A stretch of DNA of 63,955 bases, filler included, from Reticulomyxa filosa (GCA_000512085.1; 23 parts of 23 records of this genome joined end to end with filler, not necessarily neighbours in it); one strand, 5' to 3'. Positions 11,809 to 24,460 are shown, counted from the whole stretch's first letter. Notes: a model not told the origin generated them from the letters alone. Translations and numbers: made by a program.

Positions 11809-12213
11809 TCATTTAATATTCTGATCCCCCTTTTTTTTTTCCAACTTGCACTGCGTGTGCAATGCTAACAGACCTAAATTAATAACGAAAACAGGGTTCA
11901 ATCGGGGTTCCCAGTATTTCTCTTCTACGGCAGTCTTTTTTTTAAAATCATATTGATCCTCCAATGGATTGCTTGCCGTTATCATCGAAATTGTTTCTGA
12001 CTTTAATATATACTCGAGTTTCCAAACTGTTGCGTCATTATCTCCACATGTTATCAGATACTTGCCGTTACCACTTAAACAGCCTTTGCGGTGTCCACTA
12101 ATCGAACCCATATTAATAGTTGTATTTGACGGCAGAAACGGTACTCCGTTTGCGATATTACTAATTTGGTCCCATTGTTTCTTCGGAAGTTGAACTTGTG
12201 GAGTGTTGCCCAT
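11809..12213 (-). CDS. Hypothetical protein, first exon (N-myristoylation-like MG start, one WD-like segment)
   Basis: MGNTP...; SGNGKYLITCGDNDATVWKL is WD40-like. Confidence 0.5.
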   Translation of the reverse strand: MGNTPQVQLPKKQWDQISNIANGVPFLPSNTTINMGSISGHRKGCLSGNGKYLITCGDNDATVWKLEYILKSETISMITASNPLEDQYDFKKKTAVEEKYWEPRLNPVFVINLGLLALHTQCKLEKKKGDQNIK

Positions 12214-12448
12214 TATGTTACAAGCCCAAAGTTTTTTTACAGAAAAACTGGTTCTTGTGCAAAGACCAGAAAAAGAACAACATTTTTATCATCGTTTCAA
12301 CTGACTGAAAAGCTGTTTTTTAGAGAAAACTTTGGCATAAATTGGATAGTGTGCAGGGGTAGAAAAAACATTTGTTATTATGATAATTTATGCTATATCC
12401 CAGAAATATTATTCGAATAAGAAAAGAATAAAAATTTTTGAATACAAG

Positions 12449-12626
12449 TGTAGGGAAAGGCTATACTGTTTAATGTTAAAGTTCAAGTAAACTTTGAAAT
12501 TTTCACAAAACTTCTCTTACCACTTGCTTTTCCTTTTCTCTTGTTTTGCTGTTGTTATCCTTTTTGATTTAATTTACTTGTTTTCTTTGAACGATCATTC
12601 AGAAAGCAATATCTTTTCGTATTACA
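12449..12626 (+). mobile_element. Solo-LTR-like repeat copy (TGTAGG...TTTCGTATTACA)
   Basis: Shared termini and pyrimidine-rich core with the 26519 and 50294 copies. Confidence 0.6.
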
Positions 12627-12894
12627 CTTTGTGCCAGTCAGCACTCCACATACCAGGAATATATGATTACAATTTCAAAATTTTTTGTTGAATTATTGTG
12701 ATTTATTTTGTAATTTTTCATTTTCTACAAAGAATTTTTCAACAAAATTCCAAAAGTTTCGCAAGTCTGCAAGCAATGCCATATTTGAAAAAACAATAAT
12801 CTGGATAACACAACTGCATATTACAGATCCAAATCAATTAAAAATTTATCTAAAGAATTCATTGAATTATTGTCAAAACTTGAAAAAAAAGTAA

Positions 12895-13060
12895 TAATAT
12901 ATGGTGAAATTTCACACAATACACATAACTCGAATGATTGAATTTGTTTGTTGTTATCGACATCCCATATATGAACTGTTTTATCAATTGAACTAGAACA
13001 AATGAATTAACAATAATCGAATATTAAATAATCAATACTATACACCCAATTGGAAAATGT
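12895..13060 (-). pseudogene. Degenerate WD40 paralog fragment
   Basis: ICSSSIDKTVHIWDVDNNKQIQSF...KFSPY-like sequence with deletions, similar to 14750-14900. Confidence 0.7.
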
Positions 13061-13922
13061 CTTGAGCAATTGGATGATGAACAAAACAAAGTAAAGTTGA
13101 ATGATATATTATATTTTGATTGTAATAATTGATTGTTGTACTTATTTTCTTTTTTATCTTCGTTATGATTAATATTCATTTAATTATTTTTTGATTTAAT
13201 TTCTTTTTTCAATTGTTCAATTTTAGTAAGTTGATTATTCTAATTGACATAATTTATTATGTGCTTACGTTTTGAAATTGAAATCGGAAAATGAAGTATA
13301 CCAATGGTCGTTTTAATATTAGATTCATTTTCCATTTTTGAAATTTCTTCACTTTGTTTTTTTATTTATTTTTCGATTTAATTATTTGTGAATCTTTTTT
13401 CATAGATTCATGTTGTAAATAATCGATTTATTTCTATTACATTTTAATTATTCAAATAGTAAATAATAAAATAAAAAATTCACAAAAAATAGATATGTAC
13501 ATTACATTGTTGAGTTTATTTTCCTTTTTTTCCTTTATAATTGCATTGGCTTTTTGAATTCAATTCGACTTATCTTCTTTTTCGCCGGATTTGTTCCTTC
13601 TTTTAATTGCTTTCGTTTTAGTGGTTATTTGCAACTTGTTCGCAAATACAGCAGATTAATGGATTTAATTTCTATGGTTTGTTGTTAACAAAATCCAGTC
13701 TTTGTTATAACAAACAGAACTAGAAAATGTTTCTTTTTCATTTTCCAGCTTTTTTTCATTTCTTTCCACATTCAAATTTATTTGTTCTTATCCAAAAAAT
13801 GTCTTATTCATCTGACGCTGTGTGATAAAGTATGTAGATGATGAAATATAAAAGTGTTACTTGAAGCGGAAAAAAATTATTTAATTTGCTCAAATATGTT
13901 TTTTATTGTTGAAAAAATGATA

Positions 13923-15250
13923 TTATCCCCAAAAACGAATAAGACCCTTACCTGAACCATAACACAAATTAATATTACGACCACGAATCCTATTTTTTTT
14001 AATTGTAAAAATTTAAGACAATATATTCCATTGTCTTCTTTATCATCTTTGAGCAAATGTAATTCTTTCTTATTTGATCGAATATCCCAAAAATATATTG
14101 TTTTATCTGCTGATCCAGAACATATCACATTTGAACTACCACCAATTTCATTATTATTATTTATAAATGGCGAATATTCAACATCACAAACAGTAGATTT
14201 ATGTCCATTGAACAATTGAATTTGTTGACCAGATCGAATATCCCATAAACGAACACTTTTATCTGATGATCCGGATAATATTGTATTTATACCATCAATG
14301 TTTACTAATTCATTTGATCCATATTTTACACTATTCACAAAACTTTCATGTCCTTTGAATGCAATCAATTGTTTTGTTGTTTCAATATCCCATATACGAA
14401 TAGTTTCATCATATGATCCAGAACAAATTGTATATCCATTACCACCAATCACACCAATGTTATTACTTTTATTGCTTTGTAATGGCGAAATATCAACACA
14501 TCTAACAGTCATTGCATGCCCATTAAAAATATATAATGATTTGGATGTTTCAACATCCCATAAACGAATAGTCGTGTCAGATGATCCAGAACATAAATAT
14601 CGACCACCACTAAATGATGAAAATTCAATGCTGCCAACCCAACCCATATGTTTACTGAATATTTGTAATTGTCGATTACTTTTGATATCCCAAAAACGAA
14701 TGATTCCATCATATGATGAAGAGCAAATGATATTGCAACAATGATTATAATAATGATATGGTGAAAATTTCACAGAATACACATAACTTGAATGTCCATT
14801 AAATGATTGAATTTGTTTGTTGGTCTCTATATTCCATACACGAACTGTTTTATCGTGTGATCCAGAACAAATGAATTGACCATAGTCAAATGTTGAATAA
14901 TCAATACTGTTCACCTTATCTGTATGTCCAGTAAATGATTTAAGTAATTTAGATGATACCCGAAATATTTCAAACATGAAAAAGTTAGTTGCCTGTATTA
15001 AATTGTGAACAACAATAAATATTTGTAATTGAATAAAACAAAAAATAAATAAATTTAACATATTTGGCAACAATTCTATCGAAATCCTGGACCCATCCTA
15101 ATTGAATGTGTAATATTCGAATCCAATGTTGGATGATTGTTTGGATTTCTTCTTCTTCTGACTAAATACATACCACATACAAGAAAAATCAAAAGAAATC
15201 GGCTTCGGAAAGATTAGAAAGAAATTTACCACTGATTGTTGCGTTGACAT
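13923..15250 (-). CDS. WD40-repeat protein with N-terminal WIR/GW box (3 exons)
   Basis: Exon 1 MSTQQSV (15250-15230); exon 2 SEEEEIQTIIQHWIRILHIQLGWVQDFDRIVAKY (15161-15060); exon 3 from 14992 with GH...SGSxDKTVRxWD repeats; the true C-terminus NLCYGSGKGLIRFWG* needs a frame change in the A-run near 14000. Confidence 0.9.
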
Positions 15251-15429
15251 TTCTTTTTTATTCTTTTGAGATCTTCTTAGATGGTGATATAAGATGAAAA
15301 ACTATTTGAACATTGTACTTCCTTTTTAGTTACGTTTTTGAACTGGATTTTTTTACATTTTTTAAAGCGTAGTAACCTCATAGCCAAACAATTTTTTTTA
15401 TTTGTAATCTTTCTAAATTAAATTCTTGA

Positions 15430-15895
15430 ATCTTCAAAAAAAAGATTTTGTCTTGCGCTTCATCGTCATACTCTTCACAATTTCAACAAACATTTCCCAA
15501 AATAGGTGAAGATATCGTTTAAACATGGAAGTGTAATGAAAATGTCAACGAGACGAAGGCTATTTTTTAACAAACTTTAATGCAGCAAATGAAATTTTGT
15601 TTACAAGGTCTTTCATAGCTAGTTATAAAAATGAGAAAACACATAAAGAAGAATATGCATTGAATGCAAAAGTAGATAGTGAAGGTGAACATACAAAATG
15701 ATATATTGACTTGGACAAGATATGACTATCCAACAGACTATGCATATAAGTATAATGTGGAATCATTCCATTGATTTTAATCTCATTTATGCTGCACAAT
15801 TTTTGTGAAGGAGATATCAATATAATTTTTAAATTATTGTTTGAATTTGAAAAATGGAAATTTCAAAATAGTAATCAATAAAAATACAAACAAAG
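15430..15895 (+). pseudogene. Relic of an expanded lineage-specific family (CUE/UBA-like helical protein)
   Basis: Homologous to 38330-38640 (IVMLTQLQHTFPKI...) and 37160-37396 (NLIY...GDxNxxxKLLxEF); contains in-frame stops. Confidence 0.5.
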
Positions 15896-16519
15896 CTTGC
15901 ACTTTAAACGTGCAGAAAACAACGACAAGTTTCGAGAGGCGCTTATCCTTTTTTTGTCGGACTAATTCTTGCCTAACTAATCATGGCTGAAAGTAACGAA
16001 GTTCNNNNNNNNNNNNNNNNNNNNNNNNNNNNNNNNNNNNNNNNNNNNTTAATTAATTAANNNNNNNNNNNNNNNNNNNNNNNNNNNNNNNNNNNNNNNN
16101 NNNNCTCTGAAGAAAATATTTTATTTAAATTCTTACATTTTTTTATTAGGTTGGTAATTACAATCAAAAAGTTTAAATATTTTCATGCTTGCTTTGGTTT
16201 TTTTCACCATCCAAATTACCGAATGTACTTGGTTTTTAATAAAGTGTAGAAAATTAAATGTATTTTTGAATTCTCTAGGATGCATATTATTTAAAAAAAG
16301 AATTTATCTTGACAATTTGCTGTGTCATTTCTAAGTATATAAATTGATCAACCAAACCTCTTTGCGATTGGGCTTTGTGATTTGTTTAATGACACAAAGT
16401 AATTCTTTTCTTCGAGGTGTAATTAAATCTTTTCCACATTCAAGTTTAGTATTGTCTTTTCTTTTTAGCGAAAATTTGATAATCAAAAAAGTATCAAATC
16501 AATTAACAACTTTATTTTT

Positions 16520-16980
16520 GTAGAGAAAACGATATTTCACCCAGGGTCGAATAGTACCTTTCCCAGTACCATAACACAGATTAATACCACGAAGACTATT
16601 ATGATTATTTTTCTTTTTTAATTGTAGAAATTTAAAACATAATATTCCATAACCTTTTTTATCTCCTTTGATTAAGTTAATTCTTATTTGATCGAATATC
16701 ACAAAATCGAATTGTATTATCTCTTGGTCCAGAACATATTACATTTGATCTACCACCAAGTTCATTATTGTTTACAATAAATGGTGAATATTCAATAGCG
16801 CTGATTGATTTTGTATGTCCACAGAACTTTTGAATTTGATTACCAGATCGAATATCATAAACGAACAATTTTATCAAATGATCTAGATAATATTATATTT
16901 GTACCACCGTTCATTCCTAATCCATTTAATCCATATTTTACTCCATTCACAATAGTTTCATATTCTTCAAATATAATTAA
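16520..16980 (-). pseudogene. WD40 pseudogene (C-terminal repeats)
   Basis: DIRSGNQIQKFCGH...NVICSGPRDNTIRFCDIRSNK and NLCYGTGKGTIRPW split across frames. Confidence 0.8.
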
Positions 16981-17205
16981 TTGTTTACGAAAGAAAACGT
17001 CGTATATGGTGCGGATGTGAGAGATTGGAGTGCGGGTGGTGTTGTTTATTATAACTTACCAGTATTTTTTGAATATAATTCAAATACAATCGCATCCAAT
17101 AATTATTGGAATATCAATATCAATGAAAGTCGTAATGTGCACGTCGTGTTGATGGATAAAAAAAATGCAGGTGATAAAGTAAATGGATTTGTATTTATTG
17201 ATAGA

Positions 17206-17830
17206 ATGAACACTTGTGGAGGCATGCAAACCAAAGATACAAATAATGGGAGTATCGATAATAATCGATATGCAAAAGAAATTGATTTATTGATGGTCAT
17301 TTGTAGTAACATTACAGATGAGAACGAACTGAGGAGTAAATTGGAAGAATTTAATGGAAATATAGCATATGTTATCTCATATCTTGCTTCAAAAAACCGT
17401 TCGGACCCAGTTAAGTCAACACAAATTCAATTGAATTATTTTTTCAATAAATTTGAAATTTTAATAAAAATAACAAAAAGGTAACTAACGAAGCGGAAGA
17501 AGAAATAAAGTCGCAAAATGAAATAGAACAGGTTTCACAACAACTCTTTTTGATTCGTATTTTATTGTATTATAAAAAAAAAAAGGTAAAAGAGATTAAA
17601 GACGAGGAAACAGTAGCAGCGAAGAAAGAAATAAACGAAAATCAAATTGAAAAAGAAGAAGAAAAGGCGGAAGTGGGACAAACAAAACCAGGAGTCAATT
17701 TGCAAGGCTATTGTACAAATGAAGATTGCTTAGCAGCAAAGGCAAAATTTCTTGTATGGATTTGGTGATATATCTTTTACATCAGATAAAACATCGTATT
17801 GCTGTTCAGATTGTGGAAAATCTTTTGTTG
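17206..17830 (+). pseudogene. UBA/CUE-like plus Cys-rich PGxNLxGxCxNxxC family gene, degraded at the 3' end
   Basis: LRSKLEEFNGNIAYVISYL (UBA-like); PGVNLQGYCTNEDCLA; the frame breaks after 17760. Confidence 0.45.
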
Positions 17831-18171
17831 TAATATTAATTATGCTTCTTGTATGTTAGTGTGTGGAATAAATAACGATTTATTTATGATTCTCAGTTGA
17901 TAAAAATGCTCATTTTTGCACAGTAAAGTTCAACTGCAAAGTTTTTTATTTTGTGACATCACAACGTCAAGACAAAAAATATTGAATGCGACATGAAATA
18001 AGACGCTTTTCCAAAATTTTTTTTACAAAATATTGTTTGATAAGTTGCGCAACTTACACAAAAGGTTTTAGAGCAATAATAATAAAAAAATAATGGAGAA
18101 AAACGAAAAGAGTGAATGAACGGACTTTGTTTAAATGTTCATTGTAAAATTTTTTGTTTAAAATATCGTAG

Positions 18172-18322
18172 AACCCTTTTTTTTTTTTTACACTAAAAAA
18201 GAGCTGTTTGCAAGCCTTGACACAAGGAATTTGTACGGACAAAAACTAAACATGAATAAAATTTAAAACTACAAACTATTATTGGTCTTACTTTTTTACT
18301 GAAAGTTTCAACCTTTCACGCA
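18172..18322 (+). repeat. Conserved noncoding block upstream of the Kelch gene; second copy at about 35267-35556
   Basis: GCAAGCCTTrACACAAGGAwTTTGTACsGACAAAAACTAAA and TTCAACCTTTCAyGCA are shared. Confidence 0.8.
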
Positions 18323-18490
18323 GTTGAATTACCACTGTTCAAATTATGTGTAATTTTTTGTTTCATTAACTAAACAATATATCCATGTAAAAAACCTTTT
18401 TTTGCTGTTTTTCAAAGGGTCATGTCACGTGCCCCTTTTTCAAAAAAGTTTGAAACTATTTTAAAAAAAAATCATCAGATTAATAACAAC

Positions 18491-19763
18491 ATGGATATAA
18501 CACAAAACTCTTCTGAAAGAGAAGCTGAACAAACTAAACAAAGTCAACAGCTTAATACCCTCTTTCAAACTTTGAAGGAGTTGCCCACTCGACTTTTTGG
18601 CTCTCCATGTGTGCTATATAAACACGAAATCCTCATTTGTGGAGGCTGGGACAAAAGAACTTGTTATTCTTATCATACGATCAAAAACGAATATAAGTTT
18701 ATCTGTGAATATCCAAGCGATATTCAATTAAATGGGCACTGTGTAGTAAAACTAGTAGATAATAACAACAAACACAGCAATCAAATTACTTTATTGTCTT
18801 TTGGATCTGATCGTTATGGAAGAGATAAACATACATTGGTGATGAAATATGTAAGTGTTTGGAGTAATATATCAAATAAATTAAACAAGTCAAATGAATT
18901 CAACAATTACAATCAATGGGTTCCTTTCACAGACAATCACAATAATCCAATTATCATTGGAAGATATCAAGATATTTATGAAGGAGCACGTGCAGTGATT
19001 AGTGGAAGCAATAATCATTTGCTATTTATCACTTATCAAACAAATAATATTAGTGTATTTAATTTAAATACATTTCAATTTAGTAAACATTATTTTTTAC
19101 CAAATACTTATATTAGTTATCATTGCTTTGTATTAAATCCAAAAAATGGACAAGATATTATGAAAACAAATGAAGAAAAAAAACAAAATTATCAAATGTT
19201 GCTATTTTGCAAAAAGATAGGATTATTAATTGAATATGACGAAGATAGCAATAATTTTCAATTTCATAAATTGCATGTATGTGATGATATTACATCATTC
19301 AAATATTATGCATATGTATGTATCGATGATGCCATTTTATTCTTTGGTGGATATGGTAATGATGTATCAAAATCAGTACTTAAGTATTCAATTCAAGAAA
19401 ACAAATGGACAATATTTCAAAGCACGCTACCTAGTCAATTACATACATGTGCTGCAATACTGAGTACAGAAGACAATTATATACACATCATTGGAGGAAA
19501 AGATTATAAGCATGCATCAGTATCAACCCACATGAAAACAAAAGTGCATGCATGGAGTCCTTCACCGTTGGTAATTTTTATTTTTATTTTTGGTCAAACA
19601 ATAAATTAATTTTATTGTTTGAAATTGACTAATAATAAATAATAAACAGGCAAAAAAAGAAATAAAATACATAATCGAATATTGGATTCGAACTTCAGAA
19701 ATAAAATTAGGATGGATCGACGATTTTGATCAAATTATTATAAAATACAGTAAAATGAATTAA
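18491..19763 (+). CDS. Kelch-repeat beta-propeller protein with C-terminal WIR/GW box (2 exons)
   Basis: ILICGG, HCVV, ILFFGG, IHIIGG Kelch motifs; intron 19571-19649; last exon AKKEIKYIIEYWIRTSEIKLGWIDDFDQIIIKYSKMN*. Confidence 0.88.
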
Positions 19764-20108
19764 TTTTTTGATAAAAAACATAATTAAAAAAAGTATAAAT
19801 CATATTCTTTTAAATATAGTTGAATTTTGTTTTGTTTCATTTTTGCCAATTTAAGTATGTTCAAAAAATATCTTTTGAAGACAAAAAGCGAGTAAATATT
19901 TTTCCTTTTTGCAGAAACTTCATGTTTTTTAAAATAAGTTATATTGGTGATGATGTGGTAATATTTGACACTTTAAAATTTCAATATTTCATCAAAACAA
20001 TTTTTTTTNNNNNNNNNNNNNNNNNNNNNNNNNNNNNNNNNNNNNNNNNNNNTTAATTAATTAANNNNNNNNNNNNNNNNNNNNNNNNNNNNNNNNNNNN
20101 NNNNNNNN

Positions 20109-20633
20109 TTATTGTTATTGTTATTATTGTTGTTGTTGTTGTTGTTGTCGTCGTCGTTGGATTCGCTTTGACCTGTGTGTTCTGATTTGTGCTTGGACTT
20201 GTCTCCATACAACAGTTGATGCATTTGCTCCTCCTGCTGCTTCGTCTGACGCTCTTGCCACTCCTTTTGCAGCTCTTGCGCAACTGGACTCAATCGACAT
20301 TGAATCTTCCATTTGTAAAAGTTGTGAAAGGGATGGTCTTTGTTCAACCATTGGAAACGCTGCTTCCCAATTTTGTCACGCAATTTCTCCTCAAATGAAC
20401 GTCCGTGCCGAATTATATACTCAATCGTCCTTTCAATCACAACTTTTTTTTTTTTTTTTTTTGTTGTCGTTGTTGTGCGTTAATTTACACAAATCACAAA
20501 CGTCAGGATGACAAAAAAAAAAAAAAAATTACACTCAACTTTCCATATCTGTCGGAGGAAAGATTACCGTTGCTGGATCAATCAACGGTTCCTCTTTTCC
20601 ATCGATTATTATTATATCTCCTGGTTTTGGCAT
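20109..20633 (-). CDS. SURP/SWAP-domain protein (SF3A1/Prp21-like), 3' truncated
   Basis: VIFPP...VIERTIEYIIRHGRSFEEKL...RFQWLNKDHPFHNFYKWKI is a SURP domain. Confidence 0.8.
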
Positions 20634-20856
20634 GTCTGAATTATTAATCTATTCCAAAATGACGGGAAGAAGTGTAAAAAAAAAAAAATTGGTTCATTGG
20701 ATAAAAAGATTACACATCACTTCCGGTTATCATACACGCACAAACCAATCTATTAAAGCACATTTTAAAAAAAAGTGAAGACGTTGATTTGTTTCTAAGT
20801 TAAGTCACACACAGACAGGGTTTTAACGAAAAAAACTCTAAAAAAAAATAAACATA

Positions 20857-21809
20857 ATGTCAGGTGATGATAATGTGAATGAAGAGATCAATGCTTCGAA
20901 TTCCCTGGACTGGGATGAGGAAGCATGGGAAAAGCGGTTGGAGCAAACGAGTCTCGCCTCGCAGCGTATGGGGGTGTTGTTATTGCAAGGTTGGACGATG
21001 TTGGCCGAGCATTGTCCGAACTGTCAGGTGTTGTGTAATCTTTTTCCAACAACAGTAACAGCAATAACAATTGGAGGAAAAAAAATCAAAGTGTCCAATG
21101 ATGAGACTGCGTAGCGGTGATGCGGAGTGTGTAATATGTAACCCACGCGATTCCGAAAAGACACCAAGCAGCAGCAGTAACATCAACAGCAATAACAGCA
21201 AGACGACAACGACATTGACGTCGACAACGCCAAACAAGACAACCAACAAACCGCAGATTGCAAGCGTTGGTAGCAATGACAAATGGAAAGGCGACGAAAA
21301 AGAGCGCGAGAAGATAGGCAAGCAGGAGAATCCAAGACTCACGTCGCGCCCAAGTCTTCGTGAACAGCTCAAGCCAAAGTCCCCTCTGTCGGTCCCCACT
21401 CCCTCCCCTTTTCGAGACCAGTCCAAACCAAAGTCCCCTGTGTCTACCGTCCCTTCTTTCGGTCCCAAAAAAGCCAAAGACATTAGCGATTCGAAACAAG
21501 CCAGCAAAGATCCGCCTTCACAAAAAAAAAGTTTCTTTTTTTTTTTCAAAAAAAAAAAAAAATTATTTTTTTAAAAAACACATCACACATGCGATTTTCC
21601 GCAAAGTGGATTTTTAAAAATTTTTTTTAAAAAAAAAAAAGATGAAGAACAACGACTTACCGCAAGTCACGAAAGTAGTTATGGCCATTACCCACCACCA
21701 CCACAACCACAATCACAGCCACAACCACAACCACAGCCAACGGCTTACAATACCGGAGGTAATGTTTATACCAATAAAAAAAAAAAAAAAAAAGTTTTGC
21801 CAATGCAAT
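20857..21809 (+). CDS. SSSCA1/ZNRD2-like (Auto_anti-p27 zinc ribbon) protein, 3' truncated
   Basis: ASQRMGVLLLQGWTMLAEHCPNCQ / CPMMR...CVIC; divergently transcribed from the SURP gene across about 220 bp. Confidence 0.8.
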
Positions 21810-21949
21810 NNNNNNNNNNNNNNNNNNNNNNNNNNNNNNNNNNNNNNNNNNNNTTAATTAATTAANNNNNNNNNNNNNNNNNNNNNNNNNNNNNNNNNNN
21901 NNNNNNNNNGTAGGGATACAAACAAAAAAATATATATGTATATATGTTT

Positions 21950-22320
21950 TTTCTTTGGGGGAATTCCTATTTCTTCACAAACACAACAACATTATATAAC
22001 AAAAGAATATAATATTCATATAAATAAATATAAATATAACAAACTGTTCTTTCTCCTCGTGGAGGCGGGGTGGATTTCAACCCCAATTCTTTTTTTTGTA
22101 TGTTGGGCAGGGACATAGAAATACGTTGAATTGAAGGACGGGGGAACCTATTTACACAACATGCAGCACACAACACTTGAACATGTTAATAAATAAATAA
22201 ATAAATAAATAATACAACTTTTGTTTCTCCTTTCGGAGACGGGGTTGTTTCTACCCCGTATTCTTCTTTTCTTTGCTTGACATTGGGGGGGACTATATTG
22301 TAAACAACACTAAATCATAG
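21950..22320. repeat. ~170-bp tandem repeat with paired hairpins (family also at 23225-23505 and 48780-48912)
   Basis: Recurring GGGGGAA(T)(C)CCTATT, ACAAAC(C)TT, CTCC-N4-GGAG and GGGGT-N-ACCCC motifs. Confidence 0.75.
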
Positions 22321-23224
22321 TTATAAGTTAAACAAAACAAAAAAACTAAAGATTACCTTCTCTTTGCATTTACAATTGCAATGGCCGCTCGCATTGCGTA
22401 CACAATCACAAGTATTCATTTGTCGCAGTTCCTATCCTCCAATCATTCGCTTAATTTTTATCACTTAGCTATACATAATCAACACAAAAAAAATAATGTC
22501 CATTATTGCAATGACAATAAAATAAAATAAATAAAAGTAACTTGGCGACGTCACAAGATATAGCCGACGTTTGCATTTAAATAGCCATTTGAATTATTTT
22601 GTACATTTTGTAGCGGACCATTCACAAATAATTTGAGCGACATTTTGGATATGAGTAGGAGGAACTTTGTGGATTTGAGAATGCGAGCCATTGTGTCCAT
22701 AGTGCGAGATATTTTTGTTTGAGGCATAAGTGCCATTGAGTATCACGCCTGGAGAAAGAAGCGCTGCTTTGCATAAAAGAGGCTGGACAATCACGATTGA
22801 CTTGCAATTAGATTGCTTGTCGTATGCGTTATCGCCCAAATCCTCCTATGCGCCAACAGCGCTTCTGTCGCCTTAAAGGCATGTACTGAGCCATTTGGCC
22901 ATGACAACGGACTATCAGCCACACTTCCTACCAACAATAGCAGCTGGTCTGACAATGTGTAATTGTCCATCGCATTGATCCATTTTTCACTTGGCAATGC
23001 CACCGCATACTCGCACACACTCTTGTGAGTTGCTTTATCATACGATCTGTACAAATTTTTTTTTGTTTGTCCGTCTTTTTTTATAAANNNNNNNNNNNNN
23101 NNNNNNNNNNNNNNNNNNNNNNNNNNNNNNNTTAATTAATTAANNNNNNNNNNNNNNNNNNNNNNNNNNNNNNNNNNNNNNNNNNNNCAATCACATTGTA
23201 TAGCAAAAGGATTAATCATAAATA

Positions 23225-23505
23225 AATAATACATACAAACCTTTTATTTATTTTTTCACATACGGGGTAGAGTTCAACCCCAGTTTGTTTTGTGTGTTTG
23301 TGTGTGGGACAGGTACATAAAATGGAACGATCTTTGGCGCATTGGGGGAATCCCTATTCAAATACACAACAAGTTATTATTTTTTAAAAAAGAAAAATAA
23401 AACAAACCTTATTTTCTCCATTCGGAGACGGGGTGGTCTTCTACCCCTTATCTTCTATTTTTTTCATCATATCGAAACCTATTGTAAACATACACAAATC
23501 ATAAT
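23225..23505. repeat. Second array of the double-hairpin repeat
   Basis: Hairpins at 23263-23281 and 23415-23447; GGGGGAATCCCTATT at 23344. Confidence 0.75.
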
Positions 23506-24349
23506 GTCACATTTTTTTAGTTATTTATATACTTATTTAAAAAATTTATAACGTATATATACAAAAAAAAGAACAGCTTATAACTGGAAAAAATTGTCGT
23601 GGAGGCAAATCGACAGTGTGTTGTGATAGTGCAGGGGCAAATACAATATTTTGTTGGCGGATCGATGCTGGCGAGATTGTGGTGATTCGCAATTGAAGTG
23701 TTTGGATTAGAAGTTGCGAAACACTTCTGCGAGATCACCCGAAGATAGAAAAAAGGCAATTAGCCTTTTCATCTCGCAATTGGAATATGTTGGAGGCTTC
23801 GATTGCATTGTCAATATTGTAAGTAGTGGGGGCTCCATCATATATATCAATCAACAATATTTTCCAGTGTTGAGCTCACCCCAATTATGAAGCCTTTGTT
23901 CTTGATTGTCATTTCCACCAATTGCTCAACGCTTTACATATCATTTCAACAAGCGGAGCATATTCCATTTGTTCGAACAGGTCATAATCTATGTTATGTT
24001 TTAAATACCAAATCAACATTTTTTTTAATAAAAAAAATAATAGGTTTCTTTTTTTTGTTACTAACTGGACATTTGTTTCGCCGAAGCCATTATTACATCG
24101 CGAAAGATGATGTCGTTTTTGCTGGTACTCCAACAACCCACAAATTTTTCTTTGGTATCTGTTTTTGCATACCATGTCCATGCATTTTTATCAACGTATC
24201 GACCTTGCCCACTATCCAGCCATTGTACTGTTTTGTTTATTTAAAATAAATGCTTTTGTGCTAGTTCTTTTTTCTACGAGAAGATTGATTGTAGTTATAA
24301 AATGAAAAAATAGATGACATTGAGAAAATGAAAAAATGAATATTTTTTT

Positions 24350-24460
24350 AATTACTCGCGCCAGTCCAATGATAAATGAATTGAAGTCAATCACGCTGTC
24401 TTTTTTGGTGCCAAATATATCCAACAATCGCCCTCCAGTAATTCCACGCAAATTGAAATA
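24350..24460 (-). pseudogene. EF-hand (NCS/calcineurin-B-like) fragment
   Basis: RLLDIFGTKKDSVIDFNSFIIGLA resembles an EF-hand of the NCS/CBL family; flanks are not open. Confidence 0.4.
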
